Shown here: piece after piece, positions 26,213 through 38,696 of the stretch
How the letters are laid out: each line of letters opens with the position of its first letter
How positions within the stretch are numbered: the stretch's first letter is position 1
NCBI GenBank assembly: GCA_965235115.1
Contig: OZ249442.1
Location: forward strand, 31,930,001 to 31,994,000
Direction: 5' to 3'
DNA length: 64,000 nt
From: Laetmonice hystrix
Taxonomy: Eukaryota
The notes under the pieces: generated by a model
Seen by the model: the letters and a program-made list of their open reading frames with translations, nothing else
What the model was told of the DNA's origin: nothing
Databases searched by the model: none
Translations under genes and position numbers: made by a program

Positions 26213-26260
26213 ATTCAGAGAGTTGAGAAATTGATTGCTGAGACCATCCTGTACAAATAG
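26213..26260 (+). CDS. Candidate terminal exon for the 21168-22865 exon (IQRVEKLIAETILYK*)
   Basis: Acceptor TTGTTGTTTTTAGCAG (NAGNAG), phase 0. The joined peptide YADVWAMSGEQIQRVEKLI parallels the upstream YADLCQMEAVNARLERLL. Confidence 0.5.
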   Translation: MQRVEKLIAETILYK

Positions 26261-26844
26261 CCATGACAGGATGTTATTTTGTGTGTTTACAAGTACTGAC
26301 ATCTGATATATGTATATAGCAGCCGTAACGCAGACTAATTATGAATAATCTATGATATTTATCCATTTACGGCAAGCTGTAATCTTATGGCAAAAAGAAC
26401 AAAGGGTGTTTTTTTAAATATATTTTTACATTGCCTCATTTTGCACCAAGCTGACCTGATTCATGGTGTTACTTGGTGGGAATTGTCATTGAGTCGTGAC
26501 CTAATTTATCGGTCAGCCCGCCTAGGGGGGGGGGGGGGGGGTTGTCTGCACTGCGTTCCTGTGGACCTCCCTGACCGAATCGAACCCCTGACCACATTAA
26601 TAACCCTCATTAAATTACCCATGAATTAAATCCCAACTGTAGACCATGTCCCTTAGGGGATAAGCCTCCTGGTACAAAATTAGGTACTATTCAAAATATT
26701 CAAATAAGAGATGAAACACATGTTTATGGAGGCCTGACTCCAGGAAAGTGGCGGCGATGTTTTAACGACTCTACCGCAGGTTTTCAAAGAGTGGACCTAG
26801 AATTAGGAATGGAGTCGCCAGAGTATATTCAGTGATTTGAACTG

Positions 26845-26963
26845 GTTTCAGTGAGCGACCTTCAATGAGTTGAGCTGGTTTCAGTGAGTTGACCTAGTTT
26901 CAGTGAGTTGACCTAGTTTCAGTGAGTTGACCTGGTTTCACTGAGTTGACCTGTTTCCAGTGA
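26845..26963. repeat. 19-bp tandem repeat, ~6 units
   Basis: GTTTCAGTGAGTTGACCTA repeated with substitutions. Confidence 0.9.
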
Positions 26964-27316
26964 GAAACCATGTTTTTATCTGACAGAATCTCGCAGCATG
27001 TATAGAGATATTATCTCCTAGGCCACGTGACCATGTTTACCCGCCAGCTGTCTCATATCCCGGTGTGAGGCCTTGATCGGCTTGATAGCTGGGTAATGAT
27101 ATCTAAAACATTGTGAAACCAGGTGAAAGTTCACGCAGTTCATATCGATTCAAGCCAGACAGTCCAACTTCAATAGATCTAGTAAGAGTATACTTTGACT
27201 TTGTGTCGCTGAGCCATCTGCAAATAACGGGCTTGATCTGATGGGTATATGCAGATAAGGAGGTCCTATGGTTCAACTGTCTTTTGTAACCTGTCCTTAC
27301 CACAGTGGAGGAGGGT

Positions 27317-28228
27317 CCACCTGACAGGCTGTGTCACCTTACCAGGCACAACTCACCAACCTGACAGGTACTGTGTCACCTTACCAGGCACAGTCACCTT
27401 ACCAGGCACAACTCACCAACCTGACAGGTACTGTGTCACCTTACCAGGGACAGCTCACCAACCTGACAGGTACTGTGTCACCTTACCAGGCACAGCTTAC
27501 CAACCTGACAGCACAGCTCGCCAACCTGACAGCACAGCTTGCCAACCTGACAGGTACTTGTCACCTTACCAGGCACATTTCACCAACTTGACAGTTACTG
27601 TGTTACCTTACCAGGCACAACTCACCAACCTGACAGGTACTGTGTCACCTTACTAGGCACAGCACACCAACCTGACAGGTACTGTGTCACCTTACCAATC
27701 ACAGCTCACCAACCTGACAGGTACTGTGTCACCTTACCAGGCACAACTCACCAACCTGGCAGGTACTGTGTCACCTTACCAGGCACACCGCACAGCTCAC
27801 CAACCTGACAGGTTACAGGTACTGTTACCTTACCAGTCACAGCACACCAACCTGACAGGTACTGTGTCACCTTACCAGGCACAGCTCACCAACCTGACAG
27901 GTACTCTGTCACCTTACCAGGCACACCCCACAGCTTACCAACCTAACAGGTAGTGTCACCTTACCAGTCACAGCACACCAACCTGACAGGTACTGTGTTA
28001 CCTTACCAGTCACAGCACACCAACCTGACAGGTACTGTGTCACCTTACTAGGCACAGCACACCAACCTGACAGGTACTGTGTCACCTTACTAGGCACAGC
28101 ACACCAACCTGACAGGTACTGTGTTACCTTACCAGTCACAGCACACCAACCTGACAGGTACTGTGTCACCTTACCAGGCACAGCTCACCAACCTGACAGG
28201 TACTGTGTCACCTTACCTCACCAACCTG
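27317..28228. repeat. 42-bp compound minisatellite, ~21 units with internal deletions
   Basis: Unit CTGTGTCACCTTACCAGGCACAGCTCACCAACCTGACAGGTA. Confidence 0.96.
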
Positions 28229-31200
28229 TCATCGCCGTTCTGACAGTGATGGCAGGAGAATGAAGTCATCGCTAATGCCGTTCACTATCCGTGTACACTC
28301 GCAGTTTGTACTGGTAATTATCCTTGTCGTGTGAACAGAACCAAAGTGATCCTGACATATCTGCAGTCACCCCCAGGTTATGGACGTGAGTTGCGTGATT
28401 TTTTAACAAAGCTCAGTGAATTACAAATCAGGTAGATGCTCGACTCGCCTGACCTGGACACTAGTCTGGCTCCATTCAGCTCGTCCAAACGTAATATTTT
28501 GTTGTCACCCCGACGGCCTTGGGGATGATGCTCTCTACGTGGCAAACAAAAAGGTTGAGTGTTGTATTTTATGAACTGATTTTGCAGGGGCGACCTGTTG
28601 AGTTATATTTATTACCTGTTTATAGGGATTTATTCGGCGAGAGGGAAAGCTAATACGGTATACAGAAAAACAATTCATAAAGTATGTACAGCTCTCTTTA
28701 AAAAAAGATGATATATATTTCGCTTAACGAATCAGCAGTAAAAAAGTGAGCCAGCCCTGGAAATAATTATTTTCAAAAAACAAAAATAAGAAAGATAATA
28801 ATGGCGCTTTCAGCTCGAGGAGTCGTCCGCATTTTGAGAGGGGAAGTTTACGAACCATCACAGTCTCCTAAACTCCCAGGTCTGTAGGGGTTGGAGAGGT
28901 TGGAGGGCGAAAGGTGTTTAAAAAAACGAACAAAGTTGATTCATTGTGAGAGAGTGCTGATTCCCAAGGGTTGATGTTGTAAAAATAAACACTGGATCTC
29001 TCGTTCCCAGTCACATGCTGCGGGGTTGTTCTTGAATGTGACGGGGGTGAGCCACAATTCTAGTCATTGTTGGCAACTGTTTGTTTGGGTCTGGAAGCGG
29101 ATTCGATCAGAACCGAATTGTTACAGCTCTAGTGGTGCATGGTCGAATTGGAAGAATTACAAGGAATGGTAAAAACATAAAAGGGGGTCGCGAAATGTAA
29201 ATAAAATGGTGTTTATAGGTGAAGGAGGTAGCTCGTTATTGCCAAAATTACATAGTTAAAGTTCATCTATCACTTTAGAGTGATACTGATAGAGTCGAGG
29301 TCCGACCATGAGGGTTTCCCGGATAGAACCGAGAAACTAGTTGAAATGATCCTGGGTTGAAGGTAGACCAGAGGACATCGGGGTAACTGACACAGTGATC
29401 GCTGTGACATCACGCAGGGTTTCTTGATATATACCATGGATATCGGTCCCTTGTACATAGTAGGGTACAATACAACGCTTACAGTTGGCAATAGTCACAG
29501 GGCCTACCCCACCCCCACCCACCCCCACCTGGGAATGGGACCAAGGGTCATTTCGAAACCAAAAAAAGGCAGAGATAAATTAGTGCCTTATAATGCCTTA
29601 GTTTGACTTACACATTATGATTCGTGTTACGTAAAATATAACCAAGAGGGAGGTGAGGCAACCAGAGTAGCGCTTCCTGTATAATAGAACATTGTTGGTC
29701 GTTATATTCTCTGTAACTGTCTGTAGTTATTGAGAACCTGCTGGTAGCCTGATGGGGTTACCTGGTTACTGAAATGATTTCATTGCATGTGCCGCCAATG
29801 GTGGGCACTTCGCCCCTTATAGACAGAGCGTTGTTGTAAATTTGGGAACGGTAGGCTGTCGGTCAGCATGGGTTCATGATTATAGGGGGGGGGGGGGGGG
29901 GTCCGCCCTGGTGTAGCGCCCCCTCTCGCCAGCAGCAGACGACTTGGGATGCAGGCTGTACTCGGACTGGAAACAACGTGACGTAACAAAGAAGCAATCA
30001 GTGCTTGAGTCCAACGGTAATTGTGTTGGACTTTAAAACAGGAAATGTAATAGTGCGTTGGTATAATGTGCGAGCAGGCAATCTAACGTGCAGAACATTT
30101 GGTCATCAAATTGCTATTAGGTTGTGGATGAAGTTGAAAACGCGAACTGTTGCGTCGGCGAATGTTATAATATACACGAATATTAGATGATGCTCCCAGA
30201 TCTTCGAATATCACCCCAAACCTTGCTTCGTCCTCAGTCTGTTGAGACATTTGAACATCTTACCAATTATACCATGTAGTTGTTTTCATTTTTTTCTATT
30301 TTAAATACGTTTCATGGATCAAGCATGTTGTATAGTATGGAAGAAATTGTCTTTTTTTGAGTAGGTATACTTGTGGGATACGGGCATAAACAGATTGTCT
30401 GCGTGTTCGAGCTGCTGTCTGCTTGCCGTGACGTCATAATTGTCGGCTGGCGTGACAGTCCGTCATCAGAATCCAGATTTTACAGACACAGTTAGTACTT
30501 TAGATTATGAAGAAAAACATAAAAACGGGATTTTAAATCAGAGCTTTTGATTTTCTTAGCCTCTTGTCGTTTTCTTTAAAGAAATACAACCATTTCCTTT
30601 TTAGCTATTATAGAAACTTCCTTACTTTCTTTTCTTGGCGTTTTCTTCATTTCTATACTTCTTTGTCATATCGGTTCACCGCTTTTTGAATTTAACATTG
30701 GTATAAGAACGGCACCGTCTGGAAGGGTGTTCAAGCGGTTTATCAATTCATTAAAAATCGATCGGGAGAAACCATTTCCTAAAATGTACTGTAGATCTCA
30801 GAAAAGAAGTTGCATGTTGCATATTGATGATATAAAGTGGCCGATAACGTGTCCAGAACTCATCGGGACACGCGGGTCCTCACCAACTCATAAACTTCCA
30901 TTTGGACTACTACCAAAGCACCACGTACCACTACCAGTTTTCTTGTCTCGGGAAAACATTTAGTTCACGGTAAATCGAGGAAGAAGAGAACAGTTTTCAA
31001 AGTCCCGATTGACCCCCTGGCGTTCCCGTTCTCCCCCGCCCGGGGTTTTTACCCGATCCGACTGGTGCTGACTCTAGGGTGCAGCTTTGATTACTTTACG
31101 ACTCCGTTAAAACATGGGCACAGAGTCTGGGACAGTGAGGTTTTGCTGTTATCGGGGCGTTGGGTCTACAGCTGGGACCAGCTGACGCGCAGTGATACAA

Positions 31201-34200
31201 TGCTGACGCGCAGTGATATATTGATGACGTTAGTACGACGGTCGCTCAGCGGAAGTACTCAACCGGATGTGAACTTTGACCCCCGATTTCTCTAATGACT
31301 TCTACGTACCATGGATGGAGGTTTGTCGTTTTCTTAAAGGAAGACCAGTAATTTTAAACACTGTAAGGAAGGTCAAAGTGAAACATAAGTCTTACTTCAC
31401 GCAACACATAAACAATAGGAAGAAGGATTGTAAGAAGAATTGTTTTAATCGTACCACTGTAAGATTGAGATATTGCCTTTAAAAGGGGAAGGATAGCCTT
31501 TAAAGGTTATACCTGAAATAAAGACGGGTTTGTCATGACCAGTATGCCTTTGGTCACGTTTGTACTGTAACGGATCAGTTGAGAAGTCAGGAAATTGTCC
31601 GCTCGGGCGTTTCGCTATACACGTTCGTTGTTTTGAGGATCTGTGCTGAGAACAGCGCCACCATGCGGGAACACGTGGAGAGGTGAGGTGGGCGCAAGGG
31701 TCCGTCTGTGGGGATGTCTTGTGGCCAGGTCTGAATGGTTAAGGAGATGTTTAGGGAATCAGCCTGGCCCGGTGGATTTTTTATGGCCTCCACCGAGTAC
31801 CCCTGGCAAACCACAGGGATTGCTGCTGGTTCCTAATTGGTCCTGATGGTGGAGCCACTGGTGCCAGGACCCTCCCGCGGAGGTAAGGAAGCATGCCTTT
31901 AATATCGAACCAGGTGCTTGAAGTCTGCCAGAACCATGAGATCTGACCTTTGACCTAGGGTGGCAGTGAAAACATGGAAAAGAAGGATCATCATTCCAGG
32001 AATGCCTGTAAGGTCACTTGGGGGGGGGGGGGGGGCTGGGCGTACCTGGTGTGAGCATGGTCCTCACGGTGTGAACAGATGTGGTGTGTGTGTGTGGGGG
32101 GGGGTGACTTCCCGGCCCCCGTCACTCAACACCACCGTGAGGGTTCAGGGTACAGTACCGTGGCACCTCGCCTGAATACTCGTAAAGGCAGCTATAACCC
32201 TGGGTTCGACAACGACCAGAGTCTGGGCGAATCTGAGATATTTCACCTTGGATCTCAGAGTGGGCGACCTGATGACCGACCTGGCTAAGTAAGGGGGTTG
32301 GGATCTGGGCAGCACATGCCGGCCTGGTTCTCCACTATAGTTACAAAATGTTTGAATCATTCTGGGATTCACTCTAATTTTGGTCCACAAGTATTCCTCC
32401 AAACAAGCCTAAAGCTGCAGGATTTCTTTGTCCGGACTATTGCAGTATTGGCACCGTTCATGTGCTTCTTTATAAAACGAGAAAACGTCCCAACCCTATT
32501 TTCTAAACGAAAAGATATTATCCCAAAAAATAAATCAGTTAGAGTTACATCAAGAGTTTTTGTTTTGTAACCTTGGATAAAAAGAAGAAGAAGCAATGGG
32601 CCTGATAGCTTATGGGGCAGCCATTTAACCCAAGATCGATGGGGCAAAACTCGATTAGTGTTTTTTTTAGGCGAAGTACCTGATCCATACAAGTTATTAT
32701 CAGAACGGACCGCCTTACCCAACCCAGCCCAGTGGCTAAGGGGATAATGATAGCACTCGTGCCCTGCATTACCAGTGTAAGAGGCGTCAATGAGCGGGTT
32801 TACCATACACTTGACGACGACCGACCAGGGAGGTGAAAAAAAGACCATCACGCCAACCGCGGTAGATGTCGCGGTAAGCGCGACACCTACCGGCTGGGGC
32901 GTGTATCAAGACACATACGTTTCCTTATCAGGAGGGTGTCAGGACGTGACTCAAGTGACGGCCGCGTGGGGGCGCTGGGGTAGATTTCCTTATATAGCGG
33001 TGCTGGCGGTGCCTGCCGAGTGTTTTTGAAGGCTCATTGTTTTGTCATTACGTCAGTAGGTGGTCACGTCGTCAATGATAAACAATAACTGTGAAGGAAT
33101 GGAGAATGTGTCTGGGGTTTATCCTCCCGCTATTGTAAACCATTCCTTGAAAGGTTTTCAATCTTTGCAGTAATAATTGAACTAAGTGTCATTTGTAAAG
33201 CACTGAGAGGTAACGCTAGAGTTTATTATGTGTATATAACTGATGGGGGCATTAACGACCTTTTGAGGACGCGGCGCCATTGTTGATTGTGTCATACTGA
33301 TGGCAGATGTAGCTATTGTGTCATTAAGATATAGGCACATCTTTTGAAGTTTTCCACGGGGATGGGAGGGTGGGGGTGCCGGGTGGAGTACTTGGCAGGG
33401 GGCTGGCGGGCCGAGGGAGGGGGTAGATATATCCGGGGTGTTTACACATCTTAATGAGCCTGAATGAATGCAGTCGTGCTGTCCCTGTGTCCTGGCGGTC
33501 AAGCCGGACGGGACCAATCAGGGTGACGGAGAGGGGTGTCAGCCTTGTGTGTCCCGCCAGTCGTCGAGAGGTGGGGAGATTGTAGGCGGGATATGCGGCA
33601 GTCCCGGCCCGCGAAATGATTTATGTACACACACAACTCTGCCCGGCCTCGGCCCTGTGTATGTGTGTATGTGTACACCAACTTGTATAGCCTAATGACA
33701 TACCCCCGCATCGCTCGGCGTCCACAGCCGGGAACGCCAGCCTCGTATATACACCCCCTCACACGGAGAGTTTACCCCCGGATTTGAACCCCCTGTTTTC
33801 ATCACCTCATTGACTCCATCGTGCCGATCGTCGGGAGTTTACGGAACTGGTCGGAGTCAGTGATGAGGAATGCTACACCTGGATTATTAAGGTGCCACGT
33901 CAGTGAATCGTGTGTGTGTGAGAGTCCGCCGGGCGGTAGTGACGGGGTGAGGTTGACATGACGAGCAGGGACAACCAGGGCCACTAACGCCTTGAGAATG
34001 GGCGGCAGTTAGTGGCTGAACCCACTCTCTGTCTACTGCTCCGACTGGTGTCAGCACACCGACTACTATAGTACCCCGGTACCGACGGACCCCGGCAATG
34101 TGCTGTTACCTTCACCCTGATACATCCTACCACTCCATGGATACTTCAGTAGAAACCACTCAGAGCTCAGACTGAGGGAGGGAAACCTGCAGGTACTAAG

Positions 34201-35379
34201 ACACACATAGAGTCAGGCATAGCTCTTGCTAATACCACTGCTAATACCACAGAGAGAGACAGATAGAGACAGACCGTTAAAGGGCCGTGGATATACCGGC
34301 CTCCCCACACGGCCCGGTTTCAGATGGGCACCAAGGATAAAGGTGGCCCTCGAGGTCGGGATCAAAGACTTGGATCTCATCACCTGGCCACCGCCACGGA
34401 CGCTCAGGTGTGTGGGAGTGAGCGACACGCCAGGAGACACAGCCCTCAGGGGTCACAGGGGTCAAAGGCCACAGTGAGTGACTATAATACACACCTGAGT
34501 GTAAATAACAATTACTAGAATTTATGATTCACCGCACGGGAAAGATTAGAGGATCATTTATATCATATATTTTATTGCGTGTTGAGTTAGGCTGAACAGA
34601 AATACTGATTTAAGGGAAGTATTTATGATTACTGAAGCTGAAATATTGAATCAAATACAGATATTATAAAAACGCTCTCCTAAAAGGAGACACTGGCATT
34701 TCGCTATCAGGAGGCGGATGTATGGGAGAGTTTATTAGATAATTATAAATGAGATAATTGTAATTATAAATGGCCATTTCCTGCAGTCATGCTAACTGAT
34801 AACATGTAAGTGAGAGCGGTTCAGCCAGGCTGGCGTTCCTTTATCGGAGAGTACCTTGTAAAAAGTCCCTGGTGGTACGGTATTAAAGTTTCAAGATGTT
34901 TAGTTACCAGTAGGGGTGGGGAGATGGGTTGTGCGGGGTGAGACGGCCTGTACGCCGTGACCCGGCCCGGGGCCATGGAGTAAAGTAGGCCTGGGCGAGA
35001 ACGAGAACGAGACTTGAATCACTAGTCAGGGATGTCGGTTTGACTTAGAAGGAAACCACAAAAGCAATATTATCCCATTGGACAATACTGTGATTGTGCT
35101 CTCGTGATGTCATCGGGAGCTTTTACCTACAATGAATTTAGCTGAAATCAAGATTTGAAAAAGAAATGTGTATATCAAAAAAATTAGCATTCCGGTTCAT
35201 TTGACCCATTTTACGCTCAAGTACATAAGCACAAACGGAAATATATGGATTGGAACTTTTTTATGCCTTTTCCCCCCGATTGACAGATTTCAGTTTCGCA
35301 GGCCAGATACGTTTGTACATGGTTGGGTTAGGATAGTTTGTGTGTTGTCCTGGGCCCTGTTTACAACCTGCCGATCCCA

Positions 35380-35446
35380 ATATCACGGCCATGTGATATC
35401 ACGGCAATGTGATATCACGGCAATGTGATATCACAGCCATGTGATA
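35380..35446. repeat. 16-bp tandem repeat, ~4 units
   Basis: GATATCACGGCAATGT repeated. Each junction creates the palindrome GTGATATCAC. Confidence 0.9.
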
Positions 35447-36266
35447 GTCAAAAAGCGCAACGTTTCCTTGTGTACTGATAAAAAAAACAGGACTGATACC
35501 AACAATTTCTGTTTCACTGCTTGTAGCTGAGAGTGTACATGTGACCGAATGATGGCCAGAGGAGGCGTTACGTGAAATTATTGACTCCTGTGTCACCGTT
35601 TGGTCGGGAGGTGGTCGAGGGGAGGCTGATTGGATAAAACATTGAACAAAGTCCATCTGAATCTTCATATTACCCTCTTATATTTGTTGACCTAAGGTGG
35701 GGTCACACTAATCGGACAGGGGGGGGGGGGGGAGATAATGAGTCAACCTTTAGGTCAGAAGGATATTCTGTCTGTCAGTCTGTCTCTCTGTTGGCATGTC
35801 AGTGAGGTTATAAATATTACCTGTGTATATTTGGTTTTAAAAGTTATTATTCAGCAGAACATCCCCAGGACACATTCTCTCCGCACACGACCGAAGGGGT
35901 TTATGCTATAGTGTTGACTTACTTGACATTGACGAGGTCACAGTGAAGGTTATTAAACTGATGCTAAAAGTGTGACCAGTGGTTAAAATGGTGGACAGAT
36001 TAGACAGCGTTCGTGGCCCGTCATAAAATATGTAGCTCGGCTGCTATAATGGCGTGATTGTAACGAAAATGTGATGGAGTACCTTTGTCTGTTACATTTA
36101 TTGATGTAACCGACTTCAGGAAGTCATCTAGATTCACCCGTCTACGTAATGACCCAAGTTGTCCTCAGGGGTAATGAACATATTATGAAAGGTTTCCAAC
36201 AGGGTAATGAACCATAATTAAGTTGGACCAGTGATTTGATTTTACCCTTAATGTTCTGTCTTTCAG

Positions 36267-36560
36267 ATGACTTTGGCCAAGGCATTGTACGACAATGTCG
36301 GCGAAACGACAGACGAGCTTAGTTTCCGTCGTGGTGACGTCATGACGGTCTTAGAGCAGGACCCCAATGGACTTACCGGATGGTGGCTTTGTGCCCTCCA
36401 TGGCAGGAGAGGCATCGCCCCAGGAAACAGACTTCAGATTATGTCATCCGTAGCAACAACCAATAGGAATGGAGCTTGTGGAGAGGACACTTACCAGTCC
36501 CCTCCCAACCAATCAGAAGTCAACTGGCACCGGCGAAGTTGGCATATGCACCCAAATAAG
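36267..36560 (+). CDS. BCAR1: Cas-family adaptor (p130Cas/BCAR1-like), N-terminal SH3 exon
   Basis: MTLAKALYDNVGETTDELSFRRGDVMTVLEQDPNGLTGWWLCALHGRRGIAPGNRL closely matches the recalled human BCAR1 SH3 (NVLAKALYDNVAESPDELSFRKGDIMTVLEQDTQGLDGWWLCSLHGRQGIVPGNRL). Acceptor TTCTGTCTTTCAG, donor AAG|GTAAGA, 294 nt, phase 0-0. Invertebrates usually have one Cas gene, so the symbol denotes the family. Confidence 0.95.
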
Positions 36561-37248
36561 GTAAGATATGGCTATAATTATAGCCAAACAACAACTGCGA
36601 CTCGTTATCAGTTGGTCCTGATTTTATCAACACATTTTTATGACAGGACATTTCAGTGAGCGACATATTGCGACCCCAGCGACGATTTAACCCCAAACAT
36701 GGCCATCTCTGACGTCTCTAACTTGACGTATTCCATCAGACCACATTGACCAATACTGGTGTTTGACCTTACAAGGTCAGGACCTTGTCAGGTTTTTTCG
36801 AAGGAAGGTGGCGCCATAAGGTGCAAGGGTTGTAAAAATGCAGGGTATAAATGTCAGAAGTGGCAGAAAGCCAATCTGTGCACGAGTATAAAGTGTCATT
36901 GTTAGTGGAACTAGTTTCCCGCTCGGATAAGGGGACGTTTGTGCTGTGTGGTCAGCAGAATAACAGATCTGCTGACCTTGTCCTGATCAGAAGTGGTGAG
37001 GACCACGTAGGTTCTCCCTGTCCATTGTCCCTCCTCAAATAACTGCCTGGATACAGATCATGTACAACTTTCTTATTCGCCCACACAAGTCTCCCATATG
37101 TTAAAGTTTTCATTAGAGTTTAACTTGTATATTTTCTTAAATGGAGTGTTGACAGTTGTTATATAAGCACCCTAATGGTTCAGTCAGCGTTGTTTAGGTT
37201 ACCGACTTATACAAGCGTTTAAACTCCTAATCCGGTATATCAGATTCC

Positions 37249-37262
37249 GTTGCCACGGCAAC
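37249..37262. promoter_or_regulatory. RFX X-box-like palindrome
   Basis: GTTGCCACGGCAAC has one mismatch to GTTGCCATGGCAAC. It is intronic and its function is untested. Confidence 0.35.
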
Positions 37263-38696
37263 CTCGTGTTGTGACATGTGGTCCGCGTCCGGTTGACCCA
37301 GGCCAGTGGTCACTGCACGGCGTCCATCTCCGATAACCCTGACCTTCCCAGGACGATAGAGGTCAAGGAGAGACCAGGTCATGTATAGTGTGGCCTTCCA
37401 ATCAGATTGCAATGACTACATCGGAAAGGGAAACTCCTGGTTGGAGGATTCCGCTAACCCAGTAGATATGACAGAAGTGAATAGGGTAGAATGTGATCCC
37501 AACATCCCTCTTTACATTTTGAAATATTTATGGTAGGAAACTGAACACAAACACCATTTCAGTAAGCTGAGAAGGAGGTCAACTTGTAAGGGACAATGAG
37601 GTTTCAGCCAGTGCAACATGTACACCAACTTTCTAGAAATCTGCTTCAAGGTCCAACATATGATTCTGCGAGTTCTCACTGCCGGGATTGCCCCCCCCCC
37701 CCTCCCGGTTGTGTGAGCTACCGCTAGGAGACCACCCAGGGTAGGGTAGGACTGTACCGGGCCGTGCTGGCCAGTTGCCCAGTTCTACTTTACTACAGAG
37801 TGGGGTACTCTCATAGTGTAAGAGTTTACCCAACCCTGATGGTTGTAACTGATAGGCTGACCACAGTAAGATAAGGAGTGAGTATAGAAAATTGTCCACG
37901 ATATACAGTGTACGTCTACGTTCTGTGCTTAGAAACCGATTATTTTATCAGTACCGGATACCGTGGTAAGATCCTTGGCACCCACAAACACATTCCCATT
38001 TTATTACATCCATTAATCGACATTTTCATGTTGACACACATTTTCCACAACCCCTCTTGACCAAAACATCCCCGGGATTTGATAGAGAGTAAACTAAGCT
38101 GTCGGTGAAGGTGAGAGGGGTAAATCAGTTAGGGCTGTGTGAGTAACACTAGGAAAGACAGGAGATTCTGACAAAAACCACCCAACGGAGGCGTCGGCTG
38201 ACAGCCAGGTTAGATAAACGGTGCCTGCTCCTGTCTAAATCACTTAAACGCCATGTTGGGAAAGCTGCATTTGTTTCAGGTCTCACGGCACTGAATCAGC
38301 CGGCCTCTGAGGATAATTCACCGACAGAGGCGGTCAGGCAGGCAGGGACTCATAGGGGAAATCAAAGGATATACCAATATTTACCCTGTGTTTTGTGAAC
38401 TCTTAGGGCGATGTTATTATTCTACTTTGGCTCCTGTGGGGACTGGTGTTCTAAGAACATATACACACGGACACAGGCTGTTTAAGGTGGAATTAGGCAC
38501 ATCCTGCCAGGAATAATATACAACGTCATGGGGGATTTGGGACTTTGGACAGGAAATGTATCCAGAAAATGACTCAAATACATTGTATTCTACTACATCA
38601 TAACATGGAAAAACCGACATTGCTGAACAGTTATTGTACAATACTGGAAAGTGGGAAACCCCAACTGGTCTGTAATCTCATCTCAAGGCTCTGCTC

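Noticed and set aside
30540-30960. Coding-like minus-strand fragments (RSIFNELINRLNTLPDG..., KKYRNEENAKKKK)
   Set aside because: Multiple stops and no recognisable motif. It may be a decayed TE but cannot be supported.
34100-34192. Upstream coding first exon of Cas ending CAG|GTACTA
   Set aside because: The phase-0 frame has a stop and no ATG, so at most it is a 5' UTR exon. Evidence is too weak to call.
37229-37335. NPVYQIP, resembling a Cas substrate-domain YxxP motif
   Set aside because: An in-frame TAA lies just upstream with no acceptor between, and the frame closes after about 35 codons.
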